From the NCBI GenBank assembly GCA_002269645.1, contig NIVC01001075.1:1-64000 (forward strand): a stretch of DNA of 64,000 nt. The letters run 5' to 3'. The notes under the pieces are model-generated. The model searched no databases. It worked only from the letters and a program-made list of their open reading frames with translations, and had not been told where the DNA came from. Made by a program: the position numbers and the translations under genes. Below are positions 25,952-39,745 of the stretch, piece after piece; positions within the stretch are counted from its first letter, which is position 1, and every line of letters starts with the position of its first letter. The DNA comes from Macrostomum lignano (taxonomy: Eukaryota).

Positions 25952-28900
25952 TCAGTCTTTCTTCAATTTCGAGCCTTGGAACTTTGCCTTGCCGGCGATA
26001 GCCTTGGACTCGGACGGCTGGGCCCCGTTGCTGAGCAGTAGTTCCTCGATATTCGCCTGATTTGCTGACACCACCGCACCAACCTTGGCGCCGCCTTTGA
26101 ATAGCACGAATGTCGGCACCGCCCTGACGCTGTACTCGTCAGCGACAGCCTGCAGGTACATTGCGATAGTTTAGTAAATTGTAAAGACTTTCTCATGTAA
26201 ATAACTTTAACCCAGACGCAAATGACAAGTAAAAACGATCATTCAGGGACTCCACTGACAGATTTTTTTTCCATCTGATAAGAGCAGGCATACTGCCTTG
26301 ATTTTATTGAACTAATTAACTGACTAAGATACAGACTCTATCTTATCAGATTGCCAGTTCAACTGCCCCTCGCCACGCGTACATCAATGTACATCAATAC
26401 TCTCTGCCCCAAGTGACCAACTAAGCATTTCTGCACTTGATAAACCAAGGACTATTGCACTTGATAAACCAAGGACTATTGCACTTGATAAACCAAGGAC
26501 TATTGCACTTGATAAACCAAGGACTATTGCACTTGATAAACCAAGGACTATTGCACTTGATAAACCAAGGACTATTGCACTTGATAAACCAAGGACTATT
26601 GCACTTGATAAACCAAGGATTATTGCACTTGTTAATAAAGAATATATTGCACTAGATAAGCCAAGGATTATTGCACTTGATAAGCCAAGGATTATTGCAC
26701 TTAATAAGCCAAGGATTATTGCACTTTGATAATAAGGAATATTGCACTAGATAAGCCAAGGATTATTGCACTTGATAAGCCAAGGATTATTGCACTTTGA
26801 TAATAAGGAATATTGCACTAGATAAGCCAAGGATTATTGCACTTTGATAATAAGGAATATTGCACTTGATAAACCAAGGATTATTGCACTTGATAAACCA
26901 AGGATTATTGCACTTGATAAACCAAGGATTATTGCACTTAATAAACCAAGGATTATTGCACTTGATAAACCAATTGGATCACTGAACTTGATAAGCCAAG
27001 GATTATTGCACTTTGATAATAAGGAATATTGCACTAGATACGAGCGTAAGCCAAGGATTATTGCACTAGATTAGAAAGGGCTATTGCACTAGCTGAGACA
27101 TCGATTTTTGGACTTGATGAGTAAAGGATTATTGCACTAGCTGAGACATCGATTTTTGGACTTGATGAGTAAAGGATTATTGCACTAGCTGAGACATCGA
27201 TTTTTGGACTTGATGAGTAAAGGATTATTGCACTAGCTGAGAAGCTGATTCTTGCGCTGTCTAAAAAAGAGATTATTGCGCTCGCTGAGACGTGGATTGT
27301 TGCACAACCTGAGAAAGCGATTATTGCATTAGCGGAGGTAACATTTGCACTAGCTACTTGCTGTCTCGCGGATGCTTGCTATCTGGAGGATGCTTGCTCT
27401 CGAGGGGGGATACTTGCTATTTGGGAGGGGGGGGGGTACTGGCTACATGTATGGGATTCTTTCTATCCAGGGATGCTTGCTATTTAGGGATTCTTGCTAT
27501 CTGCAGGATGCTTGCTATCTGGGTGGTTACTTCTACAAAATTTGGGGGATGCTTGCTATCTGGGTGGTTACTTCTACAAAATTTGGGGGATGCTTGCTAT
27601 CTGGGTGGTTACTTCTACAAAATTTGGGGGATGCTTGCTATCTGGGTAGATGCTTCTATCTGGGGGATGCTTGCTGTCTACAGATGCTTGCTATCTGGGG
27701 TGATGCTTGCTATCTGGGGTGATGCTTGCTATCTGGGGTGATGCTTGCTATCTGGGGTGATGCTTGCTATCTGGGGTGATGCTTGCTATCTGGGGTGATG
27801 CTTGCTATCTGGGTGGATGCTTCTATCTGGGGGATGCTTGCTATCTGGGTGGATGCTTCTATCTGGGGGATGCTTGCTATCTGGGTGGATGCTTCTATCT
27901 GGGTGGATGCTTGCTATCTGGGGTGATGCTTGCTATCTGGGGTGATGCTTGCTATCTGGGGTGATGCTTGCTATCTGGGGTGATGCTTGCTATCTGGGGT
28001 GATGCTTGCTATCTGGGGGATGCTTGCTATCTGGGGTGATGCTTGCTATCTGGGGTGATGCTTGCTATCTGGGGTGATGCTTGCTATCTGGGGGATGCTT
28101 TGTATGAGCATTAGGGGATGCTTGCTATCTGCGGTTGCTTACTTTTGGGAGGGGGTGCTTGCTATCTGGGGGGGGGGGGGATGCTTGCTGTCTTGGGAAT
28201 ATTTTCTATTTAGATTGAGCTATATTTTGTTGTCTGTTTGTTAATTTTAGAGAAAAAGTGATTCATAGCAAACATCTTTGTCCGTGACCATTTTACACGA
28301 ATAAGCTGATTTTTAAAAGGGAAGAAGGAATTGGTTCTTAAGAAAATGTGCTTTTTTAATTGTTTTCCATTAACTATTTTTGCTCCTTGCTTTTTGGGCG
28401 CCCTAAAGGGGGGCCGCACTAGATTGCTAGTAGTCGCTAAAAAGTGTGTTAAATTGACCGGTTAGGTGGTAAAAATTCTATACAAATCTTTTTCAGGCAT
28501 GCTATCTAGCACTCCCAAGTCGGTGCAACCAACGACCGCCCGCTTGTATCTTGAAGGATGCAGAATAACCGCTTTTTCGTGAGATAATATCGGTTATTAC
28601 AATTCCTTCATCAAATCAGCAAAAATCAGTGAAGAATAATTTGGCGTTTCTCTGGGCCAAAGCCTTCAATTTGTAATTATAGGTGTCGTATATGTTGAGC
28701 AAAGTATTGTGGCCAAATTGCATAGAATGAAATAATAATTTTTTTGTCTGTGCAATAGGAAATTGAATTTAAAAAATCTTCAATATAGTCGCATCAGCCT
28801 GTCCACCCCACCTCATACACTATAGCTTTTACTCAGAGTAGTATGAGAAAGAAACTGCAACCGGGAATAAAGAAACATGAACCTAGTACTTTGTTTTTAA

Positions 28901-30343
28901 CTTCACCTGTTTTTATCAAGCAATAACACTCAACCGGTATCCCTCATCTGTTATCTCTCTCAACCGGTATCCCTCAACAGGCATCTCTCAACCGGTATCC
29001 CTCAACAGGCATCTCTCAACCGATATCCCTAAACCGGTATCCCTCGACCGGTATCCCTCAACCGGTCTCCCTCCTAACTAGTATCCCTCTTGACTGGTAT
29101 ACCTCAACCGGTATCTCTCTCAACCGGTATCCCTCCTAACTAGTATCCCTCTTGACTAGTATCCCTCAACCGGTATCTCTCTCAATTGGTATCCTTCTTA
29201 ACTGGTATCTCTCAACCGGTATCCCTCTTAACTGGTATACCTCAACCGGTATCCCTGAACAGGTATCCCTCAACCGGTATCCCTCAACCGGTATCCCTCA
29301 ACCGGTATCCCTCAACCGGTATCCCTCAACCGGTATCCCTCAACCGGTATCCCTCAACCGGTATCCCTCAACCGGTATCCCTCAACCGGTATCCCTCAAC
29401 CGGTATCCCTCAACCGGTATCCCTCAACCGGTATCCCTCAACCGGTATCCCTCAACCGGTATCCCTCAACCGGTATCCCTCAACCGGTATCCCTCAACCG
29501 GTATCCCTCAACCGGTATCCCTCAACCGGTATCCCTCAACCGGTATCCCTCAACCGGTATCCCTCTTAACTGTTATCCCTCAACCGGTATCCCTCAACCG
29601 GTATCCCTCAACCGGTATCCCTCAACCGGTATCCCTCTTAACTGTTATCCCTCAACCGGTATCCCTCAACCGGTATCCCTCAACCGGTATCCCTCAACCG
29701 GTATCCCTCAACCGGTATCCCTCAACCGGTATCCCTCAACCGGTATCCCTCAACCGGTATCCCTCAACCGGTATCCCTCAACCGGTATCCCTCAACCGGT
29801 ATCTCTCAACAGGCAATCCCAGACCCGCCTCACCGTCATTCTATCCACGTTAATCTTAACAAAGGCAACCTGGCTGAACCGCCGAGCCAGCAACTCCAGC
29901 TTCGGCGCAAACACCACGCAGGGTCGGCACCATTTCGCACCGAAGCAGGCCAGCACCAGATTCTTGTTGCTGTTCTTCTTCTTCTTCTCCTCCTGCTCGC
30001 TCTCCGCCGAAAGCAGAGCCTGAAAGCTGGCGACTTCGGTTATCTCAACTAGGGCGCTCGTTGAAGCGGCAGAGTCCGAAGCGACAGAAGCCAGCTCTTC
30101 TGCGGGATCGGCAAGAGCGCCGTTCACCAGCTGGCTCTCGTCTGCCGCGGTGGCATCCGCCGGCTTTGGCGCGGCGCCCATCTGCGAGTCCTGCGCCTTT
30201 TTTACTTTCGTTCGCTCTGACGACTTCTTCCCGGCCGCTCCGGCCGCAGAAGCAACAGCAGCAGCAGCAGCCGCCTGATTGTCTTTTGATTTTTGCTTCT
30301 TCGACTTTTTCTCTGCGGCGTTGGACGATGAACTCAGCGGCAT
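25952..30343 (-). CDS. Thioredoxin-family protein with an atypical WCRPC active site and a ~100-aa low-complexity N-terminal extension (~235 aa, 2 exons)
   Basis: Exon 1 29834-30343 ends ...LVLACFGAKWCRPCVVFAPKLELLARRFSQVAFVKINVDRMT|gtgagg. Exon 2 25952-26149 begins ctgcag|AVADEYSVRAVPTFVLFKGGAKVGAVV. Phase 0 join; cis-Pro VPTF motif present. Confidence 0.9.
26434..27240. repeat. 24-bp minisatellite grading into 48-bp units (thioredoxin intron)
   Basis: Unit ttgcacttgataaaccaagga(c/t)ta. From ~27084 there are three 48-bp units that share ttattgcact. Confidence 0.93.
27370..28190. repeat. 19-bp minisatellite (thioredoxin intron)
   Basis: Unit gatgcttgctatctggggt with longer variants. Confidence 0.93.
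28930..29805. repeat. 14-bp minisatellite starting ~30 nt inside the thioredoxin intron donor end
   Basis: Unit caaccggtatccct. Confidence 0.95.
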
Positions 30344-30634
30344 TCTTGGCTGTGTCTGAGCTCGAGGCTTTTAGCGAGGAGCTGGAAGGAGCTGAAAGCG
30401 CTTCTAAATCATATTATAGCAAAGCAAAATATCTATGGCCAATAAATACATAATAAAACATATTCGCAGAAAAGTCGCGGGCACCCGGGCGCAACGCCTT
30501 TAGAGGTCTTTTCCCACATCCAGAAATGAGGCAATTCTGCCGATTCCACTGACTCGCACTGGGTGCCCGCAGGCACGCACTCAAGCATGTTCACTCTCTG
30601 TGCCTTAAGGGTTGGCCCTCATGGGCCCTCCATC

Positions 30635-31195
30635 ATCCTCCCCTTGATTCTTCCTCATCCGCCCCTTGATCCTCCATCATCCGCCCCTTGATCCTCCATC
30701 ATCCGCCCCTTGATTCTCCCTCATCATCTCCTTGATCCTCCCTTCATCCGCCCCTTGACCATGCCTCATCCCTCCTTGATCCTCCATCATCCGCCCCTTG
30801 ATCCTCCCTGATCTGCCCCTTGATCCTCCCTTCATCCGCCCCTTGATCCTCCATCATCCACCCCTTGATTCTCCTTCATCCGCCCCTTGATCCTCCCTCA
30901 TCCGCCCCTTGATCCTACCTCATCCCCCCTTGATCCTCCATCATCCGCCCCTTGATCCTCCATCACCCGCCCCTTGATCCTCCATCACCCGCCCCTTGAT
31001 CCTCCCTCACCCGCCCCTTTGATCCTCACTCATCCGCCCCTTGATCCTCCCTCACCCGCCCCTTTGATCCTCACTCATCCGCCCCTTGATCCTCCCTCAC
31101 CCGCCCCTTGATCCTCCATCATCCGCCCCTTGATCATCCATCATCCGCTCCTTGATCCTCCATCATCCGCCCTTTATCCTCCCTCATCCGCCCTT
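30635..31195. repeat. 22-bp C-rich minisatellite between the divergent thioredoxin and TARP-like genes
   Basis: Unit ccgccccttgatcctccatcat. Confidence 0.92.
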
Positions 31196-31579
31196 TCTTT
31201 TCTTACAGCTACATTACTAAACGCACAAGTAGATATGTAAAAATTCTAACAATAAAAATGTATTTGCGGACATCAAAAACAAGGAAAAGCATGAAGCTGA
31301 GCCTCTACCCGATTTTATTGCGTTCGGAATTACGTCGAGCAGTGAAAATCGACACCTGCCGCCGCCCGTTCATGGAGTTGGCACAAATTTTCTCGAAAAA
31401 TTGCTTTTATGCAAATATTTTTTGGGGCTGCAGAAACCGCTGGCAGCGCTGGACTTCTTTGGACAGTTTTTTCGGATGGAATTTCGCGTCGTAATTATTG
31501 CTGCTCTATATATATAAGCACTATAAGCATATGATATTGCTGATGGCGCTGCGGCTGCTGCGACACTGTGACAGTTTTC

Positions 31580-32320
<741 letters not shown>

Positions 32321-32324
32321 ACGA

Positions 32325-34714
32325 ATGCCCCGCTCAACAACAGCCAAGGAAGCAGTCAAAGCGGCTCCGTTGCTGGGCAAGAAGTCGCTGCTTTCGGTCG
32401 TGCTGTGCACCAATGCTTTCGCCGCGTTGCTAACGCTCACCATTTCCATGGCAACGGACTTTTGGATAGTGACTTTCGAATGGGAGGCGGAGCGGAACGG
32501 GACGCACAGGGTGACCGCGATCCACTCGGGACTCTGGCGCCTCTGCTCGGAGCAAAAGTTTGTGCCGAGCAGCAAGAAGACAGTGTTCATCTGGACCAAG
32601 GATGCAGGTTAGCAACTTTCCTACTGTTTTATTTTTAGGTTGAGATTCACACAGTTTTCAACTTTTACGGAACCTGTCATCGCAGTCACATTCAACGGGC
32701 ACCGAACCAACTGCACGAGGTACAACAGCTCGCATATTGCTGACGGCATCACCTTCAAGTACCGGCGCGATGGAGGCGACATGAAACCGACTGACATTCG
32801 TGAGTTGAGCCACTTGAGCGTGTGAATTGAGTCTGTAAATGGAGTGTGTGAATTGAATCTGTAAATGGAGTGTGTGAATTGAGTCTGTGAATGGAGTGTG
32901 TGAATTGAGTCTGTAAATGGAGTGTGTGAATTGAGTCTGTGAATTGAGTGTGTGAATTGAGTCTGTAAATGGAGTGTGTGAATTGAGTCTGTGAATGGAG
33001 TGTGTGAATTGAGTCTGTAAATGGAGTGTGTGAATTGAGTCTGTGAATGGAGTGTGTGAATTGAGTCTGTGAATGGAGTGTGTGAATTGAGTCTGTGAAT
33101 GGAGTGTGTGAATTGAGTCTGTGAATGGAGTGTGTGAATCGAGTCTGTGAATGGAGTGTGTGAATTAAGTCTGTGAATGGAGTGTGTGAATTGAGTCTGT
33201 GAATGGAGTGTGTGAATTGAGTCTGTGAATGGAGTGTGTGAATTGAGTCTGTGAATGGAGTGTGCGAATTGAGTCTGTGAATGGAGTGTGTGAATAAAGC
33301 TTGTGAATGCAGTCTGTGAATAGAGTCTACGAACGAGTTTGTGATTGAATCTGAAAATGATCCATCGAGGTTCACGAGACTGTGAACAAAGTTTGTGAAT
33401 ACGTGAATGGAGGATAGTAATGGATTTTCTGAACCGATTCTGAACAGATCAGTCCGTGAATAGACTCTTTCTTATCCCGCATGCCAGTAGCTCAACCACA
33501 GAATTCTGTGAGCTCAACAACCGGCATAGCAACCAAATAAACTTGCTTAATTCTCAGACATCGTGCAGGCCGCCAGTCCTTTGCCTCTGGCCGGCTCTAT
33601 CCTCGCCATTTCCGCCTCCATCGCCGCTCTTCGCTCCGCCTACCGGCCGCAGTCAACCCGGCCGGTGCTTCTCGGCGGCGGCCTCTATGTGATATCGGGT
33701 AAGCGAGATAGTTTCTGAGCAGCTGCGTCATGCTACTTACTGTCAGTAGAGTAATTTGCGTATCAACTTTTCTCATACAGATTAGCAAAAGGCGCTTTAA
33801 AACAAGATTTTTTCTCCACCAGAAAAATATAAGACATCCGCTCACACCAGATGAATAAAATTAACATCCGCTCTCTACCAGTCAATTTAAACAAAAATCC
33901 GCTCTTTACCAGTCAATTCAAACAAGCACATCCGCTCTCTACCAGTCAATTTAAACAAAAATCCGCTCTCTACCAGTCAACTCAAACAAGCACATCCGCT
34001 CTCTACCAGTCAATTCAAACAAAAAATCCTCTCTCTTCTGATTAATCACAATTGACATCCGCTCTCTACCAGCCAACCACCGCTCTCTCCCCACCCGAAT
34101 CGCCCCCAGGCCTGTTTCTCCTCATCGGTATAGTGCTCTACATCGGCAACGTGTCTCAGGCATTCGACGGCTCCTCTGGCGGCGTCTCCTCGGACAACAA
34201 GTACGCCTACGCCTACGGCTACTCGTTCCACCTGTTCATTGTGGGCTTCAGCCTGTCCGAGACGGCCGGGGTGCTGGCCGTGTACCTTCACCTGGCTCGG
34301 GCTCGGCACTCAGACTCCAACAACGCCAGCGGCTGCAGCAACAGCAGAGTCGGAGTCAGAAATCCGAAAGGCAGCGCCAGCTGCAACGCCTTGATGGCTA
34401 ATGATGATGAGGATCAGCTCCGTCGGCAGCCGGAGGACGAGGCAGCCGTCGACACCCCCGACTGGCCATCGCCGCCGCCACTGGTCGGAGATAAGCCGCC
34501 GCTGAGCATGTCGTGGCATTCCGCGATGGCCGCTGGTAGGTCTTTAGCCGCCGACGCCGCCCCGACGAGGTCCTGGAGTCACGCGGCCGGTGCCAGCTGC
34601 CAGTGCCTGCCGCAGGAGGAGTCCCAGCTGCTGCCGACAACAGCGACAATGTCGTCAACGATGTGTCGCTGTTCGATTGGCAGCGGCAAGCTGGTGAAGA
34701 CGACTCTGGTGTGA
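32325..34714 (+). CDS. CACNG: Stargazin/TARP-like (voltage-gated Ca channel gamma, PMP22/claudin superfamily) tetraspan protein (~380 aa, 4 exons)
   Basis: Exons 32325-32607, 32686-32799, 33558-33698, 34110-34714 (1143 nt, phase-consistent). TM1 ...ISMATDFW, then HSGLWRLC, a second ECL1 Cys (RTNC), TM2/3 AASPLPLAGSILAIS...VLLGGGLYVISGLFLLIGIVLYI, YAYGYSFHL...SETAGVLAVYL, and a C-terminal class I PDZ ligand KTTLV*. Confidence 0.88.
32820..33310. repeat. 26-bp minisatellite starting ~20 nt after the donor of TARP-like intron 2
   Basis: Unit gtgtgaattgagtctgtgaatggagt. Confidence 0.94.
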
Positions 34715-34989
34715 AAACTTTCTCAGTTTGTTTGTTTGCGAGGACTGACCCGCAGCTACCGGGGGGCGAGAAGTCACGGTCCGTTCTGGTGACCCCTGAG
34801 CACCCGCGAACAGACACGCTCTCATGCACTAAAGACTACTCAAGTAGAAGAAAAGTTTTGGGAAATTGGAAAATTTTAGGAAGCAGGTTTTTTCCTAAAA
34901 ATACATTTCGGAGATACGAGGTTTTCATTTTTTCAGCACAAAAATTGTTATTGCATTAGATAGGAGACAGCTAAGACCCACAGATATTA

Positions 34990-35413
34990 GAATAACTAGA
35001 GGGGCAACTTGGCAAATTGGCGTGTAAGCTACTTTCAGTTCAGTAGTAAGTTAAACTGAAGCATTTTAATGTATTTTACAAGCCAAGGCTCATTTATTGG
35101 CTCTTACCCCCAGCTTAAACCATCCAACGGCGCCTTTCTACACTACCCCCGCCCCGCCCCAATTTTTATTGCCTTCCTCGGAATTCCAGCCTAAAGCGGC
35201 CATGTACATTTGAGTGGACTGGCCAATGTACATTGCTGCTGAACCAATTAGCAAGTTGTTTACGCCTGCAAGCTTGGGCTTCTAACCTTATCAAAGTCAT
35301 TTCAGCTGGTTTTATTTTTATAAAATAGCTTATGTATTCTTCTTTGCTACTGAACTGAAAGTAGAAAGCTGTTTTACTAAGTATATATGCCTGAGTGGCC
35401 CATCTAGTTACTT
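34990..35413. mobile_element. TA-flanked MITE, copy A (same family as 63574-63989)
   Basis: Ends gaataactagagggg...gcccatctagttactt, flanked by TA at 34988-34989 and 35414-35415. Subterminal inverted motif ctactttcagttcagtag / ctactgaactgaaagtag. The whole element aligns to the reverse complement of 63574-63989. Confidence 0.85.
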
Positions 35414-36199
35414 TAATAATCGTGCTAATATATATTTTGATATGTTGTGTCTAGGTCTTGATAGGTCTATTGATTTTCATAAAGTTTTTCGTTTAGAAAA
35501 ATAGGATTTCCATGTCAATTTTATATACTCTACGTACAATCGGACATGTACTGTGCCTAAAAATCTTAATCAATTTTATCATTCTTAGCTTAATGATAGA
35601 ATCATAAAATAGATTCTGCATAAAACCAATGAGTCGATCGTGTTGAGCCATTTTTAAATGATTTTTAGGCACACGACGTGAACGAAGACTAAAAAAATAG
35701 CATAGAATCCCAAGTTTCTAAACGAAAAGCTTAACTAACATCAAACGAACATCATCGTTGTCGTACACACGCGCTCACGCAGGGTTTACAACGGCCAAGT
35801 AAGTGAGCGAGTAACAGGTTTGAGCTGATGCCACCAGTTCGCACTCCTGAGCTCTGTGCTAGCAGATTCGGGCATATTTTATCTTTATAACCATTCTAGG
35901 CTCGATAAACACTACTGAAATGTTGGGGTTTATCAGTAGCTAATAAAGACATTAATAGTTTTAATATTTACAACACTCGTTATATTTTTTCCTAATTAAC
36001 GCGCTGTTCGCACCAACTGATGCTTTGTGCTTTTTTATTTATGATTATAATTTATGGTTACGGATGCACTCGCACCGAATATGAATCTTTCTACTGAGAA
36101 GTATTGTCAAATTCTGTACAATCAATTATTCATTGTCACTACGAGCTTTGTGCTATGCCTTTCACTTCCTTAGTAAACTATAAACTCGATTTCTCATCC

Positions 36200-37025
36200 A
36201 TCTCTATTTCCTGTTCTATCTTCATACATCTATCTATTCTAACCCCATATCGCTATTCTCTCCCCATCTCCATTGTTACCGCATATCTACTCTCATCTTT
36301 TATCCAATCTCTCGCCATATCTATTCTCACCACATATCTTTTCTCATCACATTTCTATTCTCACCACATATCTTTTCTCACCCTATATCTATTCTCACCA
36401 CATATCTATTCTCATCACATATCTTTTCTCATCACATATCTATTCCTACCACATATCTTTTCTCTCCCCATATCTATTCTCACCACATATCTTTTCTCTC
36501 CCCATATCTATTCTCACCACATATCTTTTCTCATCACATATCTATTCTCACCACATATCTTTTCTCACCCTATATCTATTCTCACCACATATCTATTCTC
36601 ATCACATACCTTTTCTCATCACATATCTATTCTCACCACATATCTTTTCTCTCCCCATATCTATTCTCACCACATATCTATTCTCACCACATATCTTTTC
36701 TCATCACATATCTATTCTCTCCCCATATCTATTCTCACCACATATCTATTCTCATCACATATCTTTTCTCATCACATATCTATTCTCACCACATATCTAT
36801 TCTCACCACATATCTATTCTCTCCCCATATCTATTATTACCCCATATCTAATCTCATCTTATATCCAATCTCTTGCCATATCTATTCTCACCACATGTCT
36901 ATTCTCATCGCATGTCTATTCTAACCAAATATCTATTTTCACCTTATCAATTCTATCTCCATATCTATTCTCTCCCCATATCTATTCTCTCCCCATATCT
37001 ATTCTCACCTCATATCTATACCTAT
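36200..37025. repeat. 17-bp AT/CT-rich degenerate minisatellite
   Basis: Unit catatctattctcacca. Confidence 0.9.
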
Positions 37026-37805
37026 CAGCCATTCTCTTTCTTGGTGTAGCCCAGCATCCAGGAGACTCCAAGCAATAATTAATAAATTGAATAGAGAACA
37101 CAGCCGCTCAAATTTGATCTAATTTATTTTATATTTTCCAATAATGACTATAGTTATTATAGTTGCATCACAAGGAGCGCAAAATTAACATCTCAATCAC
37201 AATCAATAAACTAGGTTAACATCAGTACACTGACACTAGACTTAAAGTTTCTGTCAATACGAATTAGTAAAAGTACAAATAATTGATTCCTGGCTCAGTC
37301 GCAGTGGAAATTTTGGAATTAAAAATCCTACAGCTGTTTCCCGACCCAGATTTCAACCGTCGACACAATTTTGCGCATAAACAAAATGTACTTTTATCGA
37401 ACAGGCCAAAAACAGAATGGGGGATTTGTCGACTGAAAATTTTGGGATAACATGTTTTTCTCGTCGGGGATTGCAGACACAGACCGAGTGCTCCAGGGAA
37501 ATTGCGAGTTTTTTTATTGCCTTGCAATTTGAACAGAAAAATATAGCGGAAACCGTTTCCTTCCCGAGATGAAATTAATAATTTTTTTCCGCATATGAGT
37601 TTGGCTGAAATTTGATCCTTCTACTGAGAGACTTCGCTGTAGGAGATAAAAATATGATAAAGGACTCCGGATAGGCAAACGCTAATCGCCGATTCTTAAT
37701 ATCGTGTCTTGGGACTTCGATTCGTGTCGCGGAATGACTATGTGCATGGGTAAGTATTCTTAAAGGAATTTCTAAAGTATTTTATCGCGAGAGCATTATT
37801 CAGCC

Positions 37806-39580
37806 CTCTCTATCCCACACTCTCTATCCCACACTCTCTATCCCACACTCTCTATCCCACACTCTCTATCCCACACTCTCTATCCCACACTCTCTATCCC
37901 ATACTCTCTATCCCACACTCTATCCCACTCTCTCTATCCCACTCTCTCTACCCCATACTCTCTATCCCACACTCTCTATCCCACACTCTCTATCCCACAC
38001 TCTCTATCCCACACTGTCTATCCCACACTCTCTATCCCACACTCTATATCCCACATCCACTATCCCACACAGTCTATCCCACACTGTCTATCCCACACTC
38101 TCTATCCCACACTCTCTATCCCACACTCTCTATCCCACACTCTCTATCCCACACTCTCTATCCCACACAGTATATCCCACACTGTCTATCCCACACTCTC
38201 TATCCCACACTCTCTATCCCACACTCTCTATCCCACACTCTCTATCCCACACTCTCTATCCCACACTCTCTATCCCACACTCTCTATCCCACACTCTATA
38301 TCCCACACTCTCTATCCCACACTCTCTACCCCACACTCTCTATCCCACACTCTCTATCCCACACTCTCTATCCCACACTCTCTATCCCACACTCTCTATC
38401 CCAAACTCTCTATCCCACACTCTCTATCCCACTCTCTCTATCCCACTCTCTCTATCCCACACTCTCTATCCCACACTCTATATCCCACACTCTCTATCCC
38501 ACACTCTCTATCCCACACTCTCTATCCCACACTCTCTATCCCACACTCTCTATCCCACACTCTCTATCCCACACTCTCTATCCCACACTCTCTATCCCAA
38601 ACTCTCTATCCCACACTCTCTATCCCACACTCTCTATCCCACACTCTCTATCCCACTCTCTATCCCACACTCTCTATCCCACACTCTCTATCCCACACTC
38701 TCTATCCCACTCTCTCTATCCCACACTCTCTATCCCACACTCTCTATCCCACACTCTCTATCCCACACTCTCTATCCCACACTCTCTATCCCACACACTC
38801 TATCCCACACTCTCTATCCCACACACTCTATCCCACTCTCTCTATCCCACACTCTCTATCCCACACTCTCTATCCCACACTCTCTATCCCACTCTCTCTA
38901 TCCCACTCTCTCTACCCCATACTCTCTATCCCACTCTCTCTATCCCAAACTCTCTATCCCACACTCTATCCCACACTCTCTATCCCATACTCTCTATCCC
39001 ACACTCTATCCCACTCTCTCTATCCCACTCTCTCTACCCCATACTCTCTATCCCACACTCTCTATCCCACACTCTCTATCCCACACTCTCTATCCCACTC
39101 TCTCTATCCCACACTCTCTATCCCACACTCTCTATCCCACACTCTCTATCCCACACTCTCTATCCCACACTCTCTATCCCACACTCTATATCCCACACTC
39201 TCTATCCCACACTCTCTATCCCACACTCTCTATCCCACACTCTCTATCCCACACTCTCTATCTCACACTCTCTATCCCACACTCTCTATCCCACACTCTC
39301 TATCCCACACTCTCTATCCCACACTCTCTATCCCACACTCTCTATCCCACACTCTCTATCCCACACTCTCTATCCCACACTCTCTATCCCACACTCTCTA
39401 TCCCACACTCTCTATCCCACACTCTCTATCCCACACTCTCTATCCCACACTCTCTATCCCACACTCTCTATCCCACACTCTCTATCCCACACTCTCTATC
39501 CCACACTCTCTACCCCATACTCTCTATCGCACACTGTCTATCCCACATCCACTATCCCACACAGTCTATCCCACACTCTC
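37806..39580. repeat. 14-bp satellite (~125 copies) just 3' of the beta-arrestin gene
   Basis: Unit tatcccacactctc. Confidence 0.97.
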
Positions 39581-39745
39581 AAGCTCGTATCCCACACTAA
39601 CGATCCCATTAATGCTCAAATTTCCAAAGTGCTCAAATCTCAGTCCCAATGTGAAACCCCAATTAAATAAATCCGCTTAAGTCCGTTGAAAATCGCAGGT
39701 GGGCGCTAGCGCAGTGAACAATGAATTCCCCGAACAGAAACTACT

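Noticed and set aside
32608-32638. 31-nt intron using tttttag at 32637-32638 in the TARP-like gene
   Set aside because: It is very short and leads straight to a TGA; the acceptor at 32684-32685 preserves the frame and the second ECL1 cysteine.
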